A stretch of 64,000 nt of DNA, taken from positions 39,494,001 to 39,558,000 of the forward strand of contig OX597833.1 in the NCBI GenBank assembly GCA_951406725.2. Direction: 5' to 3'. Shown piece after piece: positions 12,066 to 25,849 of the stretch. Every line of letters starts with the position of its first letter. Within the stretch, counting starts at the first letter, position 1. The notes under the pieces are model-generated. The model saw nothing but the letters and a program-made list of their open reading frames with translations. It did not search any database and had not been told where the DNA came from. Source of the DNA: Octopus vulgaris (taxonomy: Eukaryota). Position numbers and translations under genes: made by a program.

Positions 12066-12240
12066 ATGGTTTCAAATTTTGGCACAAGGCCAGCAATTAC
12101 AGTAGGAATGGATTAGTCAATAACATCAGCCTTAGACTGACATCTTAGTTCATCGACCCCCAAAAGGATGAAAAGTAAAGTTGATTTTAGTGTTTAGCAT
12201 TTTGTCACAGGTGCTAATGATTCTGTCAGCTTGTTGCCTT
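12066..12240 (-). mobile_element. SINE family B, with a second decayed copy to about 12450
   Basis: Reverse complement of the family B body, flanked by (AAT)n. Confidence 0.75.
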
Positions 12241-12452
12241 TACTACTAATAATAGTAATCATAGTTTCTGGCATTGGTGAAGGGAACAGTTAATTAAACT
12301 GTAGTAAGTACTTACTTTATTTCATCCATCTTAGTGAGATGAAATGTGAAGTTGACCTGTGCAGGATTTGAACTCAGAATGTAAAAGGAACATAACTAAA
12401 GCATTTCGTATAGTAGTACTTTTATACCATTTCTGCCACTTCATCACTGCAC

Positions 12453-12554
<102 letters not shown>

Positions 12555-13902
12555 CATCATTATCGTTGTTGTTGTGTTGTAAAAATAATTGTAATAATAA
12601 AGATGAAGAAAAATGAATAAAAGGAATGGTTATAATTGTAATAAAAATAATAATTATAAGTTAATAAATCTAATGTAATTAACCTATTATTCAAATGAAG
12701 AAATTTTGTTTGTTTCTTGTTTATACTTTTTTAACAATGTTTATGGCCTTTTCTTTCTTTTTTTATTGCTTGTTTTGTTCCTTCTCATGAAATTAATTAA
12801 TTTTGATGTTTAAAAGCTTTAAATGTGAATGAAATGTTTGAAAATATGAAATTTTAATTTGTTACATTGCAATGAGCTAAGAAGAATAACACACACAAAT
12901 GTGCGCGCGCATGCACACACACACACACACATACAAACACACTAACACACAAACACATGCTATACAAACATTAATCAATCTCAAAACATATGCACAAGCT
13001 TGGTTGGTGGATGCACAGAAATATATATAACAAATTGGCAGATACACATGCATACACAAACTTAGAAAAAAAAAGGACACATTTTGACTCTTTCGGATAT
13101 GCATTCATTCATATCTACACATTAACACATATAGGGACATTAAATGGATGCTCAAAAACTGACATATATATATATACACACCCATAAACACACACATGTA
13201 AATCTATACAAAATTATACATACATATTCACTATCATATACAGAAATTAAAAAAAATAATTGCATACAGACATTGAGAAAAGCACTGGTATAACTAACCG
13301 AAAGATCCACACATATACACATTAGTTCATTTATGCAAATACACATGCAAACACACACATGCAGTCACATACACAAATACACACGAGTAAAAGGACAAAG
13401 ATGTACACATATAATGAGAGAGTGACAGTAAGAGGGAAATAAAGTTCAGTAGGAGAAAGGGAGAGTGAGAGAGTGAAAGACAGAAAAAGCAGAGGGAAGA
13501 AGGGAAAAAAGAGAGAGTATAAGGGAGGGAATAATGGTAAAAATATTGAGAGAGAGAGATAAGATAGAGAGAAAGGTAATAAAGCTGCTATTAATTTTGA
13601 AAAGGTAGAAAGAAGGAAACAAATCAGTGACATTGATAAGAGACTTGAGTTGCAACAAAAATAACAAACTCACTAAATAAATAAATAAATAATAAAAATT
13701 TTTGGATTTCAGCAAAATTATTTGAATGGAAAATCAAATATTTTTATAATGACATGAAGTTTAATTAAAAAATTTTAAATGAAATTTACAAATAAAAGGG
13801 AATATTAATATTAGGGTGCCTAATAATTGAAGAGCTTCCCAAAGAATTGTGTGTATGTGTGTGTATATGCATGCATACATACATACATGCATGCATACAT
13901 AT

Positions 13903-14037
<135 letters not shown>

Positions 14038-14429
14038 CATATAAAGCCTTCTGAGTGGATTTGGTAGATGGAAACTGAAAGTAACCTGTCATATGTATAT
14101 TTGTGCAAATGTATGCATGAGTGTGTGTGTGTATGTTTGTCTGACTTTGACTTGACACCAGATGATTGTTGTAAGTGAATATCATTTATTTCTAATTTTC
14201 TGCCAAAACATGTCTGGACATGGGGAGATATATGGGAACAAGTGAAGGTTAGCGACAGGAAAGGCATCCTGCAGTTAAACACCTGCCTGAATAAATTCCA
14301 ACCGACCCATGAAAGAATGAAAAGGGGGACATTAAAACAATGATAATGATAAAGATATGTGTGTGTTTGTGTGTGTATATATATGTATGTATATATGTAC
14401 ATATGTACATATATATATATATATGTATA

Positions 14430-14479
<50 letters not shown>

Positions 14480-14645
14480 ACAATAACCATTGACAATTTT
14501 GTCTTTTTTTCGGCATATTTGGCATTAGAATTTTTCTTTTGCCCTTATTTTGTAAATTATTTATAAATTTAACCTTTAAAGGTATTTTTTGAGATGCTGG
14601 CCATTGATAAAAATTTTTTCTCAAAAAAAATTTTATCCTACATTA
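14480..14645. mobile_element. Right half of a TA-inserted MITE with ~105-bp TIRs (same family as 60910-61176)
   Basis: ttcggcatatttggcattaga...tgcccttat...ttatcctacatta matches 61125-61176 directly and 60910-61015 in reverse complement. Confidence 0.7.
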
Positions 14646-14767
14646 GTTATATATATATATATATATACTCACATGCATAAATACAAACCTGTTATTATTA
14701 TATGAACATTCAACATGCAGCAGAGTGAACTCGTTGCCCGTAGAAGAGTTAGATGCTATCATTGTTT

Positions 14768-14997
14768 AGTACTTAAAAATATACAAATATGCTACTTAAG
14801 TTTCGTGGATATTGTGTTATCTGCACTTCATCTAGAGTGCAGTACCTCATCTAGAAGGCAGATTTGCACCTTTCTATTTTATCAGCTGCATGCCTGATGA
14901 AATCTGTGCTTTAAATGATGTGTTACACTTCATATAAAGTGCAGAGTACAGATATCTCTTTATCAATTACTTAAGTAGCTTGTATATTTTAAGTACT
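14768..14997. repeat. Degenerate foldback palindrome
   Basis: Arms agtacttaaaaatatacaa..gctacttaagt / acttaagtagcttgtatattttaagtact. Inner tctgcactt/aagtgcaga. ctgatga near the centre. Confidence 0.75.
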
Positions 14998-15071
14998 GTG
15001 TAAAGATCACAATTTTTTTTATGGATTTATATATGATATATATACATGTGTGTATGTGTGAAAAATTTAAG

Positions 15072-15114
<43 letters not shown>

Positions 15115-16359
15115 GTGTGTGTGTATGTAAGTATGTATAGGTATAGATATATGCATACCACACACATGTATGTATGTTTGTAATGAGAATGTATGTGTGT
15201 GTATATGCATACATGTATATGTATATGTATGTATGTTTATATATATATTATATACACACATAAATATATATGTATAGCTGTATGTATATGTGTATGTGTA
15301 TATGTATACACACACACACATACACATACACATGCACACACATATAATAAACACAATATTGATGATAAGGAGGATATATACAATCAATAAGTTAAATACA
15401 GAAATACTAGTAATTATGTTGAATTTGATCCACCCCCCACTTACTTATATTACCCTCATTCTTACTGAAAAGAAAACCATGTGTGTGTGTGTGTACCTGC
15501 AGGTTTTTGTGTGAGTGTGACTATGCATGTACATATGATCATGTGAGTGTAGAATGAGCATATGCGTGTATTCACACATGCGTGTGTATCAGTATATTTG
15601 TATAATGTGTATGTGTGTGTGTGTATGTGATGCATAAGCATGTATGTGATGTGTGTTATCCTCTGGCTTTCACCAATGCAGAATAGCTTTTTTGTTTTAT
15701 GTTTTTCCCCTTTATTTTGCAAATACATTTACACATGAAATAAAATCTGATAATGGCCATGTATTTAGTTATATATATATATGGGTTTTTTTTTTGTTTT
15801 AATGGCCAAGTCAGAATCATAGAAGTAATGGATACTCTATGATATTCTATTAATTTTTATTGCCTTATCCTTAACAGTTCAAACTATGCTGGTGTTGACT
15901 TTCCTTTTTGTCTGACCAGCATGGAGAGAGGAAAATAAACCAAAAATCTTGTATTGATTATATGCTATTCCCTCTTACTGAGCTGGTTTTGTGTCGTGAG
16001 GAAAATAATTCATTTTCATATGATATAGTGTTATTGTAAAAGTTGGCTTTTGAACAGATTTTGGTACAGCTATGATTAATTTTTTGCTTAATTGAAAGAG
16101 GAGCACGAGAGAGATTTCAGTGGGATATGTTGAGCTGTTCAAGGATTGAGTTAAGGATTAGCTTTAATAGACTGCTAATAAATTCTAGCTCAGTTAAAAG
16201 AAGATCCTGATGAGGGTGGCTTTGAGTACTATCTGGCTGTTCATGAGCCACAGTTTAAACGTTGTTCCCCTTACACTTCTATGAGGTCATTTAGGTTGTT
16301 CAATGATTGAGTCAAGAACCAGCTTTAGCAGAGCTCTAATAAATTTTAGCTCAGTTTAA

Positions 16360-16569
16360 TCCTTTCATTACTATATTTATTTTGTGTTTCTTTCAATTAC
16401 TTTAAATATAACGAAGAATTTAGTAAAATAACTTAGTTATCATTAAGCTAGTATTAGGAATATAAATTGTGACTAAGGTTTGGTGGAAGATTTTAATTCA
16501 AAACTTATGAGAACAAGATATTTGTACTCAGAGCCGGAGCCAGTTTCAGGCGGGTTGGTATCAAAAGGG
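16360..16569. mobile_element. piggyBac-type MITE
   Basis: TTAA at 16356-16359 and 16570-16573. Termini (t)cctttcattac / gtatcaaaaggg. It interrupts one copy of an older duplicated unit. Confidence 0.75.
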
Positions 16570-17090
16570 TTAAGGAAGAGTCTGATAAGGTTGTATGTGA
16601 ATACAACCAGGTTATTCTTGAACCACAGCTCAAGCATTGGTCTCTTTACTCTTCTTTAGCTGTAAAACTTGGTAGCTGAAACTCAGCCTCAAAAAGAAAC
16701 CAGACAGTTTTGACACCAAACGTTTCCATAAGATCTTTTATATGAAATAGAAAGACTCTGTGTTACACGAAGAAGCTTCCTGTGTCATTGACCTTCCTAG
16801 TAAAAGGCACATCTACTGGTTGGGTCATTTACTAAGGTGACTTCTTGGAGGTTTACAAACGAAGTTATTTAGTGAATCTTAGAAAACCAGAGAAAAGGAG
16901 AAAAAAGAGGTAGGGATAACTTTTAGATCAGTTTCATATGATGATGATGATGATGATCATTAATACCGGTTTTCTAACCTTGGTACTTACTTTATTGGTG
17001 TCTTTTGCTGAACTGCTAGGTTATGGGGACATAAATACACCAACACTGGTTGTTAAGTAATGATGAAGGACAAACACAGACAGACAGACA

Positions 17091-17133
<43 letters not shown>

Positions 17134-17637
17134 CAGAGTAAGCACATAAATGTGAAACAAGGTGGAAGAAAATACACACTGTGGAACAAATTGGTTCAAG
17201 ACATTAATCAATGGAGCACACTCAATGTCAAGTTTGTCTTATAACTTAAGGTTTTCTAAGTTTGAATAAATCATTAAGGCAACCACATTCAGAATTGTCA
17301 GCTAGTACAATACAGTATTAACAGGTAAATACTTTCAGTGGTCATTGAAAAGGACTTTATTTATTTTAGTCTTTCAGTATTGTCTATTCACAAGTTCTCT
17401 CTTGCACCGTTCCCACTCTCTCTCTCTCTCTGCTTTTGCTCATCAGTAAATAGATTTTAGGCTATTTCTGTGGCTGATGTGAGTTGCTTCAGAAGTAGAG
17501 CAGTATGTGACGCTGAAGAGTGGAAATGACCATGAGATATCATTATCTTTTGGCTCTCATTCACTTCTGGGACAGTTTGCTAATGTTTACGTTATTTACC
17601 CACTTCAAACAAAATCTTAATTTATATCTATATATAT

Positions 17638-17706
<69 letters not shown>

Positions 17707-18189
17707 CATATCCAAAATGGAGATGAACACCATTCCTCCATGTGATTGGCTTGAAAAATTGTTAAGATATCAAGTTATTTTCCTATTTTTCTGAACTTGA
17801 AACCAATGGTAGCCTTAATCCACAAATAAAGAAATTCTATCCACTAATGCAGTGTTGAGCACTCCATTTCATCATTTGACATATACATACATAAATATAT
17901 ATATATATATATTAACTGGTATATTAACCGGTGTTGTTCAAACGATGAATAGCCTTCGCGTAAACCACTGGTTCGTTTTGTTCTCTTACTTTATTATCAT
18001 CTTATAATCATCTCATAATAATGACCTTTATGACTCGTATTACTACCTCAGTCAATCTAAATGTATATATTTGTCACTACCTGTCATAAATAGCCTTTTT
18101 CTATTTGCAATATGCATTTTCGTTGATTTTTCATATTTTACCCTTACATTTCCATGTGTATTTTATATTTTCTTTTCGTAACATATTTC

Positions 18190-18233
<44 letters not shown>

Positions 18234-18256
18234 TACGTAAATTGTCTATCTAGATA

Positions 18257-18490
18257 CAGTTGCAGCCAAAATTTTCAGAACGGCATTGTTTTTGCCAGAA
18301 AAGTAGGTATAAGTTTTTATCAAAGTTGTTTTGTATTATCCTCTCAAATTACACCTAAATCTCAGGCAATAACAAATAATATTGTATTTATTGTCTGTGA
18401 AAATTATAGAACATAAAACAACTTTGATAAAAACTTATACCTACTTTTCTGGCGAAAACAATGCCGTTCTGAACATTTTGGCCGCAACTG
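18257..18490. mobile_element. Tc1-type MITE, 234 bp, ~80-bp TIRs, TA TSD
   Basis: TA|cagttgcagccaaaattttcagaacggcattg... / ...caatgccgttctgaacattttggccgcaactg|TA. Confidence 0.92.
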
Positions 18491-18960
18491 TATATACTAC
18501 ATTAAGAACTTCAGAATTTGAGATGGTACTTGCTAAACTTGTTGGGTGTGAGACAGCTTGTAGAATAAAGATTAACCTGGTCAACTCAATGGGTTTTTAA
18601 CTTGTTACTCTAGCTTAGTGGGATTCAGTTCATGTTGACCACATGTCTTGGCTGGCTGGGAGCATCCTTGGGATTTATATAAGTAAGTAACAAAGTATCA
18701 TTCTTTGTATACATTTCTGTCTTTCTGGATGTATTCTTTACATACATTTATAATTTTATTTGTTTCAGTCATTAGATTGAGGCCATGCTGGGGCACCACC
18801 TTGAAGAATTTTGGTGGAATGAATCAAATCAAGTACTTATTTCTAACCCTGGTACTTACTTTATTGGTGTCTTTTGCTGAACTGCTAGGTTATGGGGACA
18901 TAAATACACCAACATTGGTTGTTAAGTAATGATGAAGGACAAACACAGACAGACAGACAG

Positions 18961-19005
<45 letters not shown>

Positions 19006-19099
19006 ACATATACATACTCCAGAGTAAGCATATAAATGTGAAACAAGGTGGAAGAAAATAGTACTCATATACCGGAGGTAGAGTAATATGCTTTATTAA

Positions 19100-19241
19100 T
19101 AAAGCTGCAAAAACATCACAAAAACTGTTACTCAGAGTTTCATGTTCTCGTTCGTTGGACAGTTTTTCTCAACCAAAACTGTCTACTGAACAGGAACATG
19201 AAACTCTGAGTAACAGCTTTTATGATATCTTTGAGGCTTTA
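19100..19241. repeat. Foldback palindrome with a decayed minimal hammerhead in each arm (Penelope pLTR-like)
   Basis: Arms of about 65 bp. Each arm reads actgt-[core]-acg/a..cat-gaaa-ctctgag-ta-acag. Confidence 0.75.
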
Positions 19242-19249
19242 CATATATA

Positions 19250-19284
<35 letters not shown>

Positions 19285-19292
19285 ATATAGTC

Positions 19293-19716
19293 TTTCTTTA
19301 TTCATTTACTTGTTCGAGTCATTTGACTGCAGCCATGCTGGAGCACCACCTTGAATCAAATCAACCCCAGGACTTATTTCTTTTGTTAAGCCTAGTACTT
19401 ATTCTATTGGTCTCTTTTGCTGAACTACTAAGTTACAGGATGTAAACACACCACCATCAGTTGTCAAGAAGTGATGGTGATGGGGACAAACACAGACAGA
19501 AAGACGCACACACATAGAAACACACATACATACACACTCACACACATACACACACATGCACATACGATGCGCTTTTTTCAGTTTCTGTCTATCAGACTTT
19601 GGCTGACCTAAGGCTAGAGTAGAAGACACTTACCACAAGGCGCCATGCAGTGGGACTGAACCCAGAACAATGTTGTTGGGAAGCAAGCTTCTTACCACAC
19701 AGACATGCCTGTGCCT
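19293..19716 (-). mobile_element. tRNA-derived SINE family A
   Basis: Reverse complement of the ggagtggctgtgtggtaag...gactgaaacaagtaaaagag family. Confidence 0.85.
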
Positions 19717-20097
19717 ATATCACCTGTATAAATTTAATAATAAAATTGGTGCAAGCATATTTGATGTAACAAACAAATCACTCTTATTAATTAATTAAAT
19801 GCTTATAGTGAATTGAACCAATCATTAATTAAATTTTCTAGTATTCTGAATAATTTGTCAAATATAATGCTTAATTATTCACATTTATTTGAACTAATCA
19901 TGCATTATTTGAGAGCTATGAGATTTTGATTATAAGATTGTTCGTTTTTAGAAAGATATAATAGTGCGAGAGGCCAGATCAGGACAGTTTGACCATAAAA
20001 TAGAATATTTGGGCCAGATATGGATAGTTTAAATGTTAAAGGGTTAAAGACTGGTTCTGGCTGAGAGGGACAATAGAGACAATGCTGGAATTCAAAT

Positions 20098-20637
20098 GAA
20101 TAAAATACAGAAAAGTGTAGTGAGTAATTCTGATCTTTAGCAATATGGTGATAACTCTCAACATATTTCAGCCCAATCAGACCTCATCAGCAATGCTTAG
20201 TGTAAACCTATTGCTGGATCTCAGAATGATTTGAGAGACTAAAGAACTTTCATGTATGAACACCAAGTGGTATGATAATGATGAGAAATAAGTGGGGGAA
20301 ATACATGCAGGGACTGTGTAAATCAATCACAGATAGACAGACAGACTAAGAACATTGAAGTGGAAGAATAAAATACAGAAAAGTGAAGTGAGTAATTCTG
20401 ATCTTTAGCAATATGGTGATAACTCTCAACATATTTCAGCCCAATCAAACCTCATCAGCAATGCATAGTGTAAACCTATTGCTGGATCTCGGAATGATTT
20501 GAGAGATTAAAGAACTTTCACGTATGAACACCAAGTGGTATGATAATGATGGGAAATAACTGGGGGAAATACATGCAGGGACAGTGTAAATCAATCACAG
20601 ATAGACAAACAGACAGACTAAGAACATTGAAGTGGAA
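20098..20637. repeat. Tandem duplication, 268 + 272 bp, near-identical
   Basis: gaataaaatacagaaaagtg...aacattgaagtggaa at 20098-20365 and 20366-20637. Confidence 0.95.
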
Positions 20638-21042
20638 GACAGGGAAAGTTTATTTGCTAATTGTGTTGTAGGGTGGGATTTCCTATCCAAATATCAAACT
20701 GTCTTTCCTGTTCTATGCAATAATTATTCAAGTGAATAATAGTGTTAAGTGCAGGGGTAGTAGCATAAGTGGTGTTTCTGTTGTTGTTGTTGTCACTGGT
20801 GTTGGTGGTGTTAATGTTGATGTTGGTGTTGGTGATATTGGTGGTGTTGGTAGTGTTGGTGGTGGCCATGTCATCAAGCTAACTCTAACTTTATTATATT
20901 TCATTACCTTCCAACTACCTCATATATATTTACTGACAGGATTGAAAATAAATATTTAATCATTAACAACATGAGATATAATTATATTACAAACACACTC
21001 ACATCCACACATACATAGCATGCATGTGAGATATATTTCTAT

Positions 21043-21074
<32 letters not shown>

Positions 21075-21209
21075 ACACACACATATACACACACATGCAC
21101 ACATGCATTCACACACATTCACAAATGTTTGCACACAAACACACTGTTTCCCTCTCCTTCATTATCCTTGTTTTATATCTATTTTTCTATCCTAGTATTT
21201 GTTAGATTT

Positions 21210-21560
21210 GGTCTTATTCAGCTCACCAGCTTGCCACTTGTTGAAACCCCTTATCTTTCACATGGAGTTTTGTTTTCCTGAAATCAGCCCTCACCTTTTT
21301 TTCCCACGCTCTCTTTAGTCTTATTTTTCCAAAGGTCTCTTCTTTGATTGCTTGGCACTTTTTAACCTATCATTCTTCATATAACTCTCATGTTCATATG
21401 AACTCCGTCTTCTCTCTTGCACACTACATTTGATTCTTCTTATCTCCAGCTTTTCTGTAATCCATATTTTGCTCCCATCATTCATACAATGATATGACAC
21501 TTGGAGAGAAAATCCCATAAGCATTTGAAAGAATTTACTCCATGCATGATCCTACTGCTA
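21210..21560 (-). mobile_element. RTE LINE 3' fragment, decayed
   Basis: EKLEIRRIKCSVQERRRSSYEHESYM resembles the RTE 'RRLRWYGHVMRM' C-terminal motif. Confidence 0.6.
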
Positions 21561-21877
21561 ACTACTCTTGAGTATCTACTGCATCCAAAGTCTTTCTTCT
21601 CTGTCAGCCTACATGTGAAAGCATGTGGCTTAGTGGTTAGGGAATTCAGCCCATGATCATAGAGTCAAGAGTTAGATTCCCAGTGGTACATTGTGTACTC
21701 GAGCAAGACATTTTATTTTATGTTGCACCTGAGTGAGTAGTGCTATAGTTAAAAGATATGTATAACCCAGCTTTGCCCGGGATTAAGTTAGGATTATTAT
21801 GCTAATCAAGTTCTTTATTTCAAACCAAACGAAGTAACATCACCATCAAATTTTGCCAAAATCCGTTGAAATTGATT

Positions 21878-21928
<51 letters not shown>

Positions 21929-22059
21929 GCAACACACACACGTACGTACGTACGCCTATTGCATACATGTTTTTTGTACGCATGCATGTTCGTGTGTGTG
22001 TGTGTTGCCCGTATATCAGCAAAACATTTTTTTCCTCAATTGCATTATGTCGTGCTTAT

Positions 22060-22325
22060 GTCGTGCTAGAGAAGAAGACCCATCAAGCTTAGAAAAATCA
22101 AAGCCATGGCAGATACCAGTGTCATGCAAATTGGCACCCATGCCAGAGGCACATAAAAGCACCCATTACACTCTAGGAGTTGTTGGCATTAGGAAGGGCA
22201 TCCAGCTGTAGAAAAACATGCCAAATCAGACTGGAGTCTGGTGCAGCCTTCCAGCGTGCCAGCCCAGTCAAACCTTCCAACACATGCCAGCAAGGACAAC
22301 AGACGTTAAATGATGATGAAGATGA

Positions 22326-22327
<2 letters not shown>
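22060..22327 (+). mobile_element. SINE family D ((GAT)n tail, RTE-like 3' end)
   Basis: gttggcattaggaagggcatccagctgtagaaa...gacgttaaatgatgatga. Related copies at 2465(-), 30650(-), 43450(-), 55430(+) and 62196(-). Confidence 0.8.
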
Positions 22328-22360
<33 letters not shown>

Positions 22361-22407
22361 AAGGTAAGTAGAGGTTAGTGGTTAGAATAACAGTCTAAGG
22401 GATAAAA

Positions 22408-22708
<301 letters not shown>

Positions 22709-23150
22709 TATATATATATATATATAAAGTAGAATGAACAAAAATGTGAAAACTGAATGTAGTGTAAGTTATTAGTAGAAATAGTACATAGGTTTTCATA
22801 AGTTTATGTTTCATGCTAATTAGGGCATTCTTTTTTAGATGGATGCGATCTCAGGGAAGGCTTCCTTTTGAAAAATAAATCTTTAATCAAATCACATCTA
22901 ACTATTTATCATGAAACTGGAAGCCGTGGATATTAGTAGTACTGTTTTAATATTTATCTGCTGTAATATACTAAATATGCACGTGTGTGTAGGCATATAA
23001 GTCTAAATGTATGTATATATGTATGCATGCATACATGTATGTATATATGTATATATGTATGTATGCATGTATGTATAGATAGATAGATAGATAGTTAGTT
23101 AGTTAGTTAGATAGATAGATAGATAGATAGTTAGATAGATAGATAGATAT

Positions 23151-23214
<64 letters not shown>

Positions 23215-23335
23215 GTATGTGTGTATGTATATATATGGGCATATATACAACTGTTAGGCAATTTAGATACAGCAACCATAAATAAAAGTTGAAGTATGAC
23301 TGTTGCTCATGAATAAATCATCAAATGATAATAAT

Positions 23336-23458
<123 letters not shown>

Positions 23459-23786
23459 AATGTATGCGAATATGTGAGACTGTTGCTATCAATTTTATAA
23501 GCATTGATATCAATGAGATATCGTATAGATGACATAAATCATGGACAGATATCAGGGACATGGAATATATCTGACTATTTAACCTCTCACCTCTATTCAA
23601 TAACTATTTCATGAAACTACTTTAACATTAGCTGGACTTACTCCAGCCAACATATTCTCTCTCTCTTTCTTTCTTTCTTACTACCGCTTCCTCTCTGTCT
23701 TCACCCATCTTATTTTCTGTTTGTAATTCCCTCTCTCTTAATTTTACTATATCAGTCTCCCTCTCTCCCTCTCCTCCTCTCTCTCC

Positions 23787-23845
<59 letters not shown>

Positions 23846-23850
23846 CCTAC

Positions 23851-23909
<59 letters not shown>

Positions 23910-23913
23910 CCTA

Positions 23914-23960
<47 letters not shown>

Positions 23961-23973
23961 ACCTACCTACCTA

Positions 23974-24016
<43 letters not shown>

Positions 24017-24046
24017 CACCTACCTATCTACCTACCTATCTATCTA

Positions 24047-24096
<50 letters not shown>

Positions 24097-24106
24097 TATC
24101 TATAAA

Positions 24107-24139
<33 letters not shown>

Positions 24140-24405
24140 CTACCTACATATTTTTCTCTCATACAGATTTGATCCTCAAATGTCCTCTGTGTTTCTCTCA
24201 CTGTGATTCTTTCCTCACACCTTTACTCGCTCACTCTCTTTAAGTTCACTCTCTTTCTTTATAGTCCTCTTTCTCTCTTTCAGTCTCATATCTGGTGAAA
24301 TCATTGATAACAAAGTCCCTCCATACCTCCCCTTCTTTTTGGCGACATATCAGAGAGAAAACTGGACAGTGAGTGAGGGGGAAGTTAGTAAAGCATTTGG
24401 GAAGG

Positions 24406-24440
<35 letters not shown>

Positions 24441-24484
24441 GCAGGAAGAGAAAGAGAGAGAAAGGTAGGGATAGAGAAATAGAA

Positions 24485-24525
<41 letters not shown>

Positions 24526-25849
24526 GAGAGAGAAAAGGCAGAAAAGGGGAGAGAAAGGCAGAAAGAGAAAGAAATAAAGATGATGAAAAAATGATGAGCT
24601 GAGCTAAAAAGGTGAGAGAAAGAGAGAGTGAGAGAGTGTGTGTGTGTGTGTGTGTGAGAGAGAGGGAGAGAGAGAGAGAGAATTATAAAGTGGGAGAAAC
24701 CGTACAATATTAGAACAAAGAGAAATTGTCAAAGAGACAGAGACAGAGAGAGGGGAGAAAGAAAGATTGATGGAGGAAAAAGAGAGAAACACAAACCTGT
24801 GATATAGTGGTCTTGACTCACAAACCTTGTGACTCGACTCATAAATATTATGACTCAATGTCGCGCATGACTCACTGGTGTCTTTCCACCATCACCACCA
24901 CCACCACCACCACCACTGCCACCACCAACACCATCTTCCACTTCCAACACCATCACAATCAAATATACCATATGTAAAAACAGAAGTATGCATGTATGTA
25001 TATATATATATATACATATATATATACACACACACACACACACATACATACATATATATGTGTATTTATATATACACATACGTACATGCATATTTATACA
25101 TACACACACATATATATGTACATCAGTCATAGGACAGTTGTCATGCTGGGACACAATCTTTAGTGATTTTCAGGTCAATCAAATGAACCCAGTACGGGTT
25201 TATTGATCCCTCTTTAGTAAATAAATAAGTGGAGGCAAGTGGCTTATTGGATAGAGTGTTGGACTCATGATCGGGAGATTGCGGTTTCAATTCCTAGACA
25301 GGGTGACGTGTTGTTTTCTTGAGCAAAACACTTCATTTCACATTGCTCCAGTCCACTCTACTGACAAAAATGAGTAATCCTGCAATGGACCAGCATCCCG
25401 TCCTCTGCCGAGGTCGACTTTGCCTTTCTTCCTTTTGGGGTCGATAAATAAAGTACCAGTTTCGTACTGGGGTCGATCTTATCAACTTAATACGTGTGTC
25501 TGTCCTTGTTCGTCCCCTCTATATTTAGCCTCTTGTGGGTAGTAAAGAAATATATATAAGCCCTAGAAACTGGGAAACCGTCCCTTATCTCAATCATAAG
25601 TACAGGAACAAAATTTGCTTATGTGGGTGAGGATCCAGATCCAACTCAGGATGTTCAAATTACTTCCATTGTCCCTGCACTGCAAAAGAATTTCAAGAGT
25701 ACAAGTGTACCCCTACACCATCCTGTTCTTGAGCATATGGTTTCAATACATGTTTTTTACACTATCAAAAAAATACACACGAACATATACACATAATATA
25801 CATACATACACATAGTAAGGACCACAGAGTATAATCGCTTTCTTTTCTA

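Noticed and set aside
21760-21880. Helitron/Helentron-like end (acccagctttgcccggg...aaattttgccaaaatccg)
   Set aside because: Too short and degenerate, and no matching other terminus was found.
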